A DNA stretch of 64,000 bases from a virus: the IMG/VR virus record IMGVR_UViG_3300044641_005643; one strand, 5' to 3'. The position numbers and the translations under genes were made by a program. Numbering within the stretch: position 1 is the stretch's first letter; each line of letters starts with the position of its first letter. A model generated the notes under the pieces. The model made no database searches and had not been told where the DNA came from. It was given only the letters and a program-made list of their open reading frames with translations. Of this stretch, positions 20,839 to 29,973 are shown piece by piece.

Positions 20839-22179
20839 ATGACCGAAACCAATTTAGAATACAAAATTAGAGTCATTGATAGTAAATCAAAATCATTTTG
20901 TGGCGCGAAATGGTACAATGCAACTATATGGTTAGGAAGTGGTATGACAACCAGTTGCCATCATCCATTGCCTCATAAAATTGATCTGGATGACATTAAA
21001 AAAACGCCTTCAGCTTTACACAATACTCAGCAAAAGAAAATAGAGCGCGAACAAATGCAGCGCGGTGAGAAGCCAAAAGGTTGCGAATATTGTTGGAAAA
21101 TAGAGGACATTGGCAGAGATAACATTAGTGATCGGGTCTATAAAACTAAAATTTTTTCTGAAGAGGATTTAAATTATGCATTTAGAACATCAGCCTCAGA
21201 AGATATCAATCTTCGCACTCTTGAAATCAGTTTTGATCGTACTTGTCAGTTTGCTTGCTCTTATTGCAACCCTGCATTCAGCAGTACTTGGGTCAAAGAC
21301 ATTAATACCAATGGGCCTTATGTGGAACTTGAGTCTGACGGTAGGAACCATTTTACTCATAGTCATGATAGTGCTCAGTTGTTTAAATTTGGTCAAGATA
21401 ACCCATACGTCACGGCATTCTTCCAGTGGTGGGAATCAGATCTCCACCGAACCTTAGATGAATTGCGTATAACCGGCGGCGAACCACTCATGTCAGGTTA
21501 TACCTGGCAATTGCTTGATTGGTTTAAGGCCAACAAAGGAAAATCTAAAACCAGACTTGCAATCAACAGTAACCTAGGAACTCAAGTTGATCTCGATCGT
21601 TTATTTTCAAGTGTGGACGCACCCATTGACTTATACACTAGTAATGAAAGCGTCGGCGCTCATGCAGAGTATATTAGAAATGGATTGGCCTGGGACGATT
21701 GGGCTAGTACTGTAGAACTTGTTTGTGATAATTATAGTGGAAACAAATTGCGTGGCCTACACATAATGTGCACCATTAATGCTCTATGTTTAGAAAGTCT
21801 TACAGAGTTTTTAGATTTTATTGTTGATTGCAAAATGTGTTATGGAAAAAACTTTCCTAGCTTTACACTTAATATCTTACGATTTCCTTCTTTTCAAAGT
21901 CCTTTGATATTACCAGATGATATCAAAACTAAGTATAAATTAAACTTAGAAAAATGGTTAAGTTCGAATAATACAGAGTGGTTGCATGAACACGAAGTTA
22001 ATCACCTACAAAGACTAATTGATTATCTTGACGTAGTGAAAACGCCTCATGCTAATTCTGCTGAACAAATAATTTTACAAAAAGATTTTAAAAAATTTTA
22101 CGCTCAGTACGATCAACGAAGAAATAAAAATTTTTGCACCACGTTTACGGGTTTAGCAGATTGGTATAAAAGTATATGA
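20839..22179 (+). CDS. Radical SAM protein with N-terminal twitch/SPASM-like domain (member 3)
   Basis: CGAKW...CHH...CEYC; CQFACSYC; TGGEP; closest in motifs to member 1. Confidence 0.9.
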   Translation: MTETNLEYKIRVIDSKSKSFCGAKWYNATIWLGSGMTTSCHHPLPHKIDLDDIKKTPSALHNTQQKKIEREQMQRGEKPKGCEYCWKIEDIGRDNISDRVYKTKIFSEEDLNYAFRTSASEDINLRTLEISFDRTCQFACSYCNPAFSSTWVKDINTNGPYVELESDGRNHFTHSHDSAQLFKFGQDNPYVTAFFQWWESDLHRTLDELRITGGEPLMSGYTWQLLDWFKANKGKSKTRLAINSNLGTQVDLDRLFSSVDAPIDLYTSNESVGAHAEYIRNGLAWDDWASTVELVCDNYSGNKLRGLHIMCTINALCLESLTEFLDFIVDCKMCYGKNFPSFTLNILRFPSFQSPLILPDDIKTKYKLNLEKWLSSNNTEWLHEHEVNHLQRLIDYLDVVKTPHANSAEQIILQKDFKKFYAQYDQRRNKNFCTTFTGLADWYKSI

Positions 22180-23615
22180 ATAAATTAAACAAAACAGCTT
22201 ATGAATCTCTTGCTGGGGAAAATTGGCCAACTTATGAAGATTATTTAGAAGACAAAATTAATGACAACATTATCCGTTTAGAATTGAAACATCTCGAAAA
22301 AGAATCAGCAGAAATAAACAGAGGGTACGATTATAATTCTTTGAAGCCATTATATATAAATTTTAATGAATTGTCTGCTGATCAAAAATACAAATTGACT
22401 GAAAGTAAAACATTTTGTATGATGCCGTGGGTGCATATGCATGGTTTTCCGGACGGTCGTGCATATGTTTGTTGTTTTAGTGATTATTGGCATCCCGTTG
22501 GTGATTTTAGAAAAAATACCATGAAGGAAATTTGGAATTCAGATGGATACAAAGCACTTCGAAAAAATATGATAAATGACCAGCAATCAAAGGAATGTTC
22601 AAAATGTTACGAACAGGAAAAAAATGGATTTTTTAGTTTGCGAAATGATGCAAACAAAACTTATGGTCATCATATTAATGATATTCAAAAAACTAACGAA
22701 TCTGGAAATCATCCGGAATTTAAAATCAGGTATTGGGACGTAAGATTTAGTAATCTCTGTAATTTTAGTTGTAGATCGTGTGGGCCGGTGTTCAGTTCAA
22801 ATTGGTTTAATGATCATGTTAAACTTTACAATAGAAAACCAGATGTTCTTGGAAGGGAGATGTTAAGAGTAGAATACATTGCCGGTGACGAAGATGCAAT
22901 GATAGAACAAATGCTACCACACATTCCATATCTTGAACAAGTATATTTTGCCGGCGGCGAACCACTAATAATGAAAGAACATTATTTTTTATTGGAAAAA
23001 CTATTAGAACATGGGAAAACAGATATCCGTATTTTATATAACACAAATTTTAGTGAATTAAGATATAAAGATAAACACGTATTTGATTATTGGAAACACT
23101 TTAAAAATGTAGGAGTAGGTGCAAGTCTGGATGCTAGTGGTGCCAGAGGAGAACTGATGCGTAAAGGACAAAATTGGAAACAAACTTTAGAAAATCGTAA
23201 GTTGATGATTGAACAAGTGCCTCATGTTAATTTTTATATTAGTGCAACTTTAAGTGCAATGAATATTCTTCACATACTTGATTTTCATAAAGAATGGGTA
23301 GAGTTGGGCTTGATTGAACCAAAGGATTTTAACGTTAATATTTGTCAAAGTCCTGAATGGTATAGAATAGATATACTTCCAGAAGATTTTAAAAACAATG
23401 TTGTTATTCCTGCCTTTGAAAAACATATTGCTTGGTTGCAACCACATGATAAATTAGAACGTGCTACTAATGGATACAAAGCCGCTCTTAATTTTATTGC
23501 AGCAAATGATAACAGTCATTTGCTTCCTACATTTATCCAAGAAGTTGAAAAATTAGACTATGTTCGTAAAGAAAATTTTTGGAATACATTTTCTGAATTG
23601 CAATTTTTAAAATGA
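22176..23615 (+). CDS. Radical SAM protein with N-terminal twitch/SPASM-like domain (member 4)
   Basis: CMMPW...CC...CSKC; CNFSCRSC; AGGEP. Confidence 0.9.
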   Translation: MNKLNKTAYESLAGENWPTYEDYLEDKINDNIIRLELKHLEKESAEINRGYDYNSLKPLYINFNELSADQKYKLTESKTFCMMPWVHMHGFPDGRAYVCCFSDYWHPVGDFRKNTMKEIWNSDGYKALRKNMINDQQSKECSKCYEQEKNGFFSLRNDANKTYGHHINDIQKTNESGNHPEFKIRYWDVRFSNLCNFSCRSCGPVFSSNWFNDHVKLYNRKPDVLGREMLRVEYIAGDEDAMIEQMLPHIPYLEQVYFAGGEPLIMKEHYFLLEKLLEHGKTDIRILYNTNFSELRYKDKHVFDYWKHFKNVGVGASLDASGARGELMRKGQNWKQTLENRKLMIEQVPHVNFYISATLSAMNILHILDFHKEWVELGLIEPKDFNVNICQSPEWYRIDILPEDFKNNVVIPAFEKHIAWLQPHDKLERATNGYKAALNFIAANDNSHLLPTFIQEVEKLDYVRKENFWNTFSELQFLK

Positions 23616-24823
23616 ATTTACCAAGTACAATATGTATGTTACCTTGGATTAGCATAGAAACTAGTCCAATTGGCACTGCTAGACCCTGTTGTCTGGCTAG
23701 AGAAGAAATTACCAATAATGAAGGTGTCAAATTTGATCTCAATCAAGATAATCTGGAAACTATATACAACAGTGATTACATGCAAAAATTACGCAAGCAG
23801 TTTCGTGCAGGTCAAAAACCAGAAACATGCAAGTTATGTTGGGACGAGGAAGCTGCAGGAAGAACAAGTAAACGTATCAATAGTAGAATTAGATTAAAAG
23901 AATTATATTCAGAGGTTGATTGGGAAAATGATAAACCAAATCAACTTTGGTTCTTAGATCTCAAGCTAGGAAACATTTGCAATTTAAAATGCCGTATATG
24001 CGGATCCTGGTCTAGTAGTAAATGGGCTGCAGAAGAACTAGATTACATTCCAAAAAGTGCTGACAAAAAACAACATATTGCTTATCAATGGTTAAAACAA
24101 GGAGCATGGCCTCGGAATCAAGATACAAATTTTTGGAACAATTTAAAAGAATTGTTGCCTAATATTAAATATCTGGAATTTACCGGCGGAGAACCGTTCC
24201 TCATCCAGGAACATTTTGATTTGCTAAAATTTGCAGTTGATAATGGATATAGCAAAAATATAGATATCCATTACAATACAAATGGCACAGTAGATCCGGA
24301 CGAATCTCACTTATGGCAACATTTTGGTCGTGTTGATATTGCGTTTAGCATTGATAATGTTGGTAAGCGTTTTGAATACGAACGATATGGCGCTAAATGG
24401 GAAGAAGTAAACGATAACATTATATGGATTAGTTCCTACAAACAACATAACAACAACATTACTACTCAACTTTGCTTAACTGTGAATATACAAAATGTGT
24501 ATTATTTAGATGAATTATTAGCCTGGGCAGATAGTAAACCGTTTGATAACATTTATTTCAATATGATGCACAGCCCAGATCATATGAATATACAGCACAT
24601 GACCCCAGCCGCAAAGGAATTAGTTTTGAATAAACTAAAAACAACATTTTGGACTGCTAAACATTACCAACGTGAAATAGATAATATTATAAAATTTATA
24701 GAATTAGGTACAGGTAGCGATGGCGCAGAATTTTTACAAAGAATGAAACAAACGGATCTTTATAGAAATCAAAATTTTTCTGATACTCACCCAGAAATAG
24801 CACGAGCGATGGGTTATGATTAA
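23612..24823 (+). CDS. Radical SAM protein with N-terminal twitch/SPASM-like domain (member 5)
   Basis: CMLPW...CC...CKLC; CNLKCRIC; TGGEP. Confidence 0.9.
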   Translation: MNLPSTICMLPWISIETSPIGTARPCCLAREEITNNEGVKFDLNQDNLETIYNSDYMQKLRKQFRAGQKPETCKLCWDEEAAGRTSKRINSRIRLKELYSEVDWENDKPNQLWFLDLKLGNICNLKCRICGSWSSSKWAAEELDYIPKSADKKQHIAYQWLKQGAWPRNQDTNFWNNLKELLPNIKYLEFTGGEPFLIQEHFDLLKFAVDNGYSKNIDIHYNTNGTVDPDESHLWQHFGRVDIAFSIDNVGKRFEYERYGAKWEEVNDNIIWISSYKQHNNNITTQLCLTVNIQNVYYLDELLAWADSKPFDNIYFNMMHSPDHMNIQHMTPAAKELVLNKLKTTFWTAKHYQREIDNIIKFIELGTGSDGAEFLQRMKQTDLYRNQNFSDTHPEIARAMGYD

Positions 24824-26091
24824 TGCAAAATTTAAAGTTAATTACAGACGAAAAAATTTATAGAACATGGAAAGGTGCAGATTGGCCCTCTTATGATGAT
24901 TTTGTTAATCAGAATTACATAGTAAGTGACACTATACAAAAAGAAATAGAAAACTTTATAGATGTCATTTCAAAAAAATACAAAGATTTAACTGAGGCAA
25001 GAACTGAAGAATTATCTATAGCAAATCAAAAAAGACAAGGTCAAATATTTTTTAATAAAAAATACAAAGGGAATACCTATTGCAGGATACCATGGGATAC
25101 CATTGGTATTAATGCAAATGGGAATGTTTATATTTGTCAAAGCCCGTCCTGGGTGCCAATTTTTGTAGGTAACATTCTAGAGACAAATGATATATTTGAA
25201 ATTTTAAATTCAGAAATAGCTAGGAAAATTAGATTTCAAATTCTTAATAAGACATACCACTATTGTAATAGTACAATATGCAGTTATTTTCAAAAAATAG
25301 ATAAAAATAGATATGAAACATTTCCTACTAACAAGGAAGATTTAGTCAAAAAAGATTTTGTTGATTCTCCAGAATTATACCTTGCTAATATACCTAAAGA
25401 AATTATTTTTGATTTTGACTACACATGTAATCTTAAATGTCCCAGTTGCAGAACAGAAAATATTAATTGGAATAATGATTACGTAATCAGACCAACAAAC
25501 AATAAGATAGTAAAAAAAATTAAAGAATTAATAATAGATAAAATAGATAATAGTTTGACTACTATTCGTTGGTGCGGAGGGGAACCTTTCATGAGCGAAG
25601 TTTATTTAGATCTACTCGATTACATATCGAATAGTAATAAAACTAATATACAGAATGTAATACAAACAAATGGAAGTTTGTTTCAAGCAAAAGAAAAGTT
25701 AGTTTTAAAATTATTACCTTATATTTCTACACTTCGTATTAGTTATGATGCTGGATGCGAAGAAACTTATAAATTAACAAGAGTTGGCGGAGATTGGAAA
25801 AGACTTTTAGAAAATACAAATTTTGTTTTAACGCTCATTAAAGACAATAATTTTAGAACTTCTGTTCAAGCAGATTTTGTAGTTCAAAAAAATAATTATA
25901 AAGATATTCCTGAATTTATTAGTATTTGTAAAAATTTTAATATTACTCCCAATTTACAAAAAATGTGGAATTGGGGCACATGGGATGATGAGATTTTTGA
26001 AGAACAAAATATTTATAACGTGAATCATTCTTTATATAACAATTTAAAACAAATTTTTGAAATAGTCAATATACCTATTGCAAAAAATTAA
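24823..26091 (+). CDS. Radical SAM protein with N-terminal Cys-rich domain (member 6, low GC)
   Basis: CRIPW...C...CNSTIC; CNLKCPSC; GGEP. Confidence 0.88.
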   Translation: MQNLKLITDEKIYRTWKGADWPSYDDFVNQNYIVSDTIQKEIENFIDVISKKYKDLTEARTEELSIANQKRQGQIFFNKKYKGNTYCRIPWDTIGINANGNVYICQSPSWVPIFVGNILETNDIFEILNSEIARKIRFQILNKTYHYCNSTICSYFQKIDKNRYETFPTNKEDLVKKDFVDSPELYLANIPKEIIFDFDYTCNLKCPSCRTENINWNNDYVIRPTNNKIVKKIKELIIDKIDNSLTTIRWCGGEPFMSEVYLDLLDYISNSNKTNIQNVIQTNGSLFQAKEKLVLKLLPYISTLRISYDAGCEETYKLTRVGGDWKRLLENTNFVLTLIKDNNFRTSVQADFVVQKNNYKDIPEFISICKNFNITPNLQKMWNWGTWDDEIFEEQNIYNVNHSLYNNLKQIFEIVNIPIAKN

Positions 26092-26092
26092 T

Positions 26093-27388
26093 ATGAATAG
26101 ACCTGAAACACTTTGCATGGCACCCTGGACTCATACGTATCTTAGCCCACAAACAGAAAGGCGGATGTGCTGCGCTAGTCGCGAACCCGCACAAAACTTC
26201 GAACAGTATATTGATACAAAATCAGGCACAGGGCGATATATTCCTATTACGTTAGAAGAACATTGGAATGGGGAACATATGCGTTCAGTTCGCAGACGTA
26301 TGTTATCTGGAGAAATATTACCTGAATGTGAAGTTTGTAATAATAAGCTGTTAAATACAGACATTTACCGCAGTTATTTTAATTCTCTATTTGGACATAA
26401 GTACAAGCAAGTACTAGAACATACTGATGCGAGTGGTTATACTACTATGAAGCCGATCAGTTGGGACTACCGGTTCAGTAACTTATGTAATTTCAAATGC
26501 CGTATGTGCGGCGACATGTTGTCTAGTAGTTGGGAAAGTGAGCAACGACAAAACAACATGATCAATTGGTCAAATCCAAAGAACAATTGGATGCAACCTG
26601 AAATCAAGAAACAAATTGAACAGTTCCAGACTACTCAGATTGAAGCCGAGTTTGCAGCAGCAGTAGAGGACCACCGTGTAGAGGAAGTGTATTGGGTGGG
26701 AGGAGAACCGTTAATGTACGAACAACATTGGCGGTACATGCAGCGAATTATAGAACTGGGAGATGGACCACGTGTTTATGCTAGATACAATACTAATCTT
26801 AGCCGCATTGATTTTAGAGGTTGTAATCTTTATAGCGATATACTTGCTCATCTGCGCGACTGGCAAATCTGCGCAAGTATTGATGGTACAGGCCGAATTG
26901 GAGAATATATCCGAACAGGCCTTGATTATGAAACGTGGCTTGCAAACTTTAAGGCAGGAGTTGCATTTGCTCGCCACCGGCGACAAATGAGATTGGACTT
27001 CACACTTACCCTTCCGGGTATGTTTGAAGTGATCAAAATACAACGGTTAGCCAAGGAGTTAGGCGTTGATGTATTGGCCAAGGTTGTGTTTAGTTTTAGC
27101 CCGGACATAGTTATGTCACCTTTGGCTCTGCCTAGATCCGTTTTAGATTCCTGGCTAAATGAATTAATAGCCCAGATTGAAACAGGCACACTCAAAAACA
27201 TGTTAGTTCAACTCAAAACACGCCCTACCTTTCAAGAACAATATGGTAAGGATGCTTATTTTGAAGGGGTTGCTCGAGGCAAGTCTCGTATGTTACAATT
27301 AGAATCTATTCGTAGTCAATCTATAACTATGGATGAAATACTATCAAAGAGAGCTGATGTATATGAGTGGTGGACGGCCATCAATTAA
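26093..27388 (+). CDS. Radical SAM protein with N-terminal twitch/SPASM-like domain (member 7)
   Basis: CMAPW...CC...CEVC; CNFKCRMC; GGEP; ATG at 26093 preferred to the TTG at 26078. Confidence 0.9.
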   Translation: MNRPETLCMAPWTHTYLSPQTERRMCCASREPAQNFEQYIDTKSGTGRYIPITLEEHWNGEHMRSVRRRMLSGEILPECEVCNNKLLNTDIYRSYFNSLFGHKYKQVLEHTDASGYTTMKPISWDYRFSNLCNFKCRMCGDMLSSSWESEQRQNNMINWSNPKNNWMQPEIKKQIEQFQTTQIEAEFAAAVEDHRVEEVYWVGGEPLMYEQHWRYMQRIIELGDGPRVYARYNTNLSRIDFRGCNLYSDILAHLRDWQICASIDGTGRIGEYIRTGLDYETWLANFKAGVAFARHRRQMRLDFTLTLPGMFEVIKIQRLAKELGVDVLAKVVFSFSPDIVMSPLALPRSVLDSWLNELIAQIETGTLKNMLVQLKTRPTFQEQYGKDAYFEGVARGKSRMLQLESIRSQSITMDEILSKRADVYEWWTAIN

Positions 27389-28457
27389 AGTTGTACTTCG
27401 AAATCCTTTAAATTATAATGATAAAATTGATTACAATATATTACCTCACGACAACAGCCTTGCTCAAGATTGGATTGATGCCTTAAAACAGTTATTGAGA
27501 AATAAAAATTTAATAGAAAAAGATTTTTGTTTTTTAGGTTTTCCACATACAGCTCGTACCACTGAATATCTATGTAATGAACTTAATCAGGCAGTAAGCA
27601 CTATTAACAATTTTTTTAGTGATTATAAAATACACGATTACTTTACTCCAGATAATGTTTTGGCATATGATTATGCGCCAAATGGTCCTAATCATGAATT
27701 GTTAAATCAATTACATAATCATTTTGAAATACTACAAGGAACAGTATGGGAATTGAGTGATTACTATATTAGGGGAGATTACGAAACCAAATATGCTATC
27801 AGACAACTTAACACACTGTGTCACGAATTAGAATCCTTAATTTTAAGCAAAAGAAAATTTGCCACAATACCACAATGGGTAAGACCCAGTCAAATAACCA
27901 CTTTTATAAATGCCGCTCGATACGATTTAAAATTTACACATAGACAACTGTTTGCTATTAATGGATATGATAGAGTGTTAGGTGGAGTTTATATGCATTG
28001 GTCGCAAATTGGTAAAACATTATTTGAAGTATTTAGAGATGAAAATGCACCAGACCTAACAGAAACGGTGTGCCAAAGTATCACTGAATTAAAATATTAC
28101 AGTGGTGAATTTGACGTTGAATGGGGTAATAGTGTTGTTTATGGCAACAAAGATGTTTCGTGGCATACAGAAGAACAAAACAATTTTAGAGAGTGGTTGA
28201 GCAAGAATGGCAGAGATTATAAAGATGTTTCATTGAGTTGTGGTTATTTGCCAATTGGTCAAGTTGATTTACAAGGCAGTTTTGGTAACACAGATGGCGA
28301 AACAATATGGAAAATATTAGGCAATTATTTAGACATCTACAGCGTAGAAGTTGATGGTGTGACCAATATATTTGATTACAGTTGGGCCGATGCTGATTAT
28401 AAACAGATACAAATTAATAGGATGAAACCAGGATATGATTATAGTAGCCGGCGGTGA
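27333..28457 (+). CDS. Hypothetical protein
   Basis: 374-aa ORF (start possibly 27357 or 27363); LNQLHNHFE and LNTLCHELE His motifs. Confidence 0.6.
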   Translation: MKYYQRELMYMSGGRPSIKVVLRNPLNYNDKIDYNILPHDNSLAQDWIDALKQLLRNKNLIEKDFCFLGFPHTARTTEYLCNELNQAVSTINNFFSDYKIHDYFTPDNVLAYDYAPNGPNHELLNQLHNHFEILQGTVWELSDYYIRGDYETKYAIRQLNTLCHELESLILSKRKFATIPQWVRPSQITTFINAARYDLKFTHRQLFAINGYDRVLGGVYMHWSQIGKTLFEVFRDENAPDLTETVCQSITELKYYSGEFDVEWGNSVVYGNKDVSWHTEEQNNFREWLSKNGRDYKDVSLSCGYLPIGQVDLQGSFGNTDGETIWKILGNYLDIYSVEVDGVTNIFDYSWADADYKQIQINRMKPGYDYSSRR

Positions 28458-29274
28458 TAGTTTTGTATTTGGATCAGAATTAAAAGATCAATTTGGTATA
28501 GAGCCGAGTAAATTCACTTATCCTGCTTTATTAGCAAAGGAATGTAATTTTGAGTATAGGTGCATAGCCCGGCCAGGTAGCGCAAATAATGCTATTAGTA
28601 GATTAATAATTTCCGAGTGCGAAAAAATAAAAGAAAATAATATTGGCGTTATTGTAACTTGGACTTTTACACACCGTTACGAATTTAGATTTAATTACGA
28701 TACTCAACAAAGATACAGTCCTTGGTATAGCATAAACTCTTGGGTTACACTTGACGATCATGGTGAGATCTTGGACGAGTACCGCACTAAGAATTTATCT
28801 GAGTTAGAAATGCAAAAATCCTATTTTGAGCGAGCAAAAAAAATAGGAATATCTGATTTTGCAAAAACTTTTTATAAACATGTGGGTGCTAGCGAATATT
28901 ACGAATTATATACAAGTCTTAGAGAGATATTGTTCTTACAATTGTATTTTGAACAAAATAACATTCCTTATTTGTTTTTGCCAGCAGACAATCATTTTTT
29001 TGATCATCCAAATTATTATAGACAACGAGATGAGTATATAGATAGTTTATACAAACAAATAAAATGGAACCATTGGTTCTTTTTTGAATCAGGTACTCAA
29101 GCAAATGAAACTAAAGAACCAAGAGGTTTTTATCAATGGGCAATAGAAAATAAATATCCGGTAGGAGTAACACATCCGTTAGAAGCAGCTCATGCCGATG
29201 CTGCAAAATTAATTAAGGAAAAATTCAATGAACTGGTTAAAAAACCTTTGGAACAGAATTCAATTAGAAATTAA
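28435..29274 (+). CDS. SGNH/GDSL-like hydrolase or acyltransferase
   Basis: N-terminal GDSF, PGSANN block, C-terminal HP...H. Confidence 0.6.
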   Translation: MIIVAGGDSFVFGSELKDQFGIEPSKFTYPALLAKECNFEYRCIARPGSANNAISRLIISECEKIKENNIGVIVTWTFTHRYEFRFNYDTQQRYSPWYSINSWVTLDDHGEILDEYRTKNLSELEMQKSYFERAKKIGISDFAKTFYKHVGASEYYELYTSLREILFLQLYFEQNNIPYLFLPADNHFFDHPNYYRQRDEYIDSLYKQIKWNHWFFFESGTQANETKEPRGFYQWAIENKYPVGVTHPLEAAHADAAKLIKEKFNELVKKPLEQNSIRN

Positions 29275-29329
29275 ATATAGACGAAAACTACGAGAATTAC
29301 GTAAACGAGATCCTTTTATCTATAAATGA
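29228..29329 (+). CDS. 33-aa basic peptide MNWLKNLWNRIQLEIKYRRKLRELRKRDPFIYK (below ORF-track cutoff)
   Basis: Translated by hand; its TGA overlaps the ATG of 29326 (ATGA coupling) and it bridges the gap between two genes. Confidence 0.65.
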   Translation: MNWLKNLWNRIQLEIKYRRKLRELRKRDPFIYK

Positions 29330-29973
29330 TTTATGCAATAGGAGACAGTTTCACATACGGTGATGAATTGTCATCACAGGATTTGGCTTGGCCGGCTTTG
29401 TTATCAAAAAAATTAGGTAATCAAGTTATTAATAAAGGCCGATCTGCTACTGGAAATCATCGCATGGTCAAACGAGCATTAGATGCGGTAATCAATAATG
29501 CCAACTGTATTATTATTGGTTGGAGCAACTGTAATAGACAAGAGTTTGCAGATGATATAGGAATTTATGATATATGGCCCGGAAGAGACTATAGAGCATT
29601 TCAGCTCGATGATCCCACACATCGTATTACTCAAATAAAGTATATGACAGCCTACCACACGCCAAAATATTATTATGCCAATTGGCTAAGACAGATTATT
29701 CTAATACAGAATTTGTGTAAATCAAATAGTATACCTTGTGTCATGTTTATTGCTTGCGGTGCGCATAATGATCACAAAAGTTATTCTAGTGAATTTCCTA
29801 AACTTGTAAATGCAATCGATCATTCTGTTTTTGTTGACAATATGTTCACAAGTGTTGCAGAATGGACCTGGGGCACACCACATGGACCTAACGATCATCC
29901 TTTAGAAGCCGGGCACGAAATAATAGCGCAAAAAATTTATGAACATATTAGGAATAAGTGCCGGATTCCATGA
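29326..29973 (+). CDS. SGNH/GDSL-like protein
   Basis: GDSFTYG, ATGN, GWS, C-terminal DHP..GH. Confidence 0.6.
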   Translation: MIYAIGDSFTYGDELSSQDLAWPALLSKKLGNQVINKGRSATGNHRMVKRALDAVINNANCIIIGWSNCNRQEFADDIGIYDIWPGRDYRAFQLDDPTHRITQIKYMTAYHTPKYYYANWLRQIILIQNLCKSNSIPCVMFIACGAHNDHKSYSSEFPKLVNAIDHSVFVDNMFTSVAEWTWGTPHGPNDHPLEAGHEIIAQKIYEHIRNKCRIP

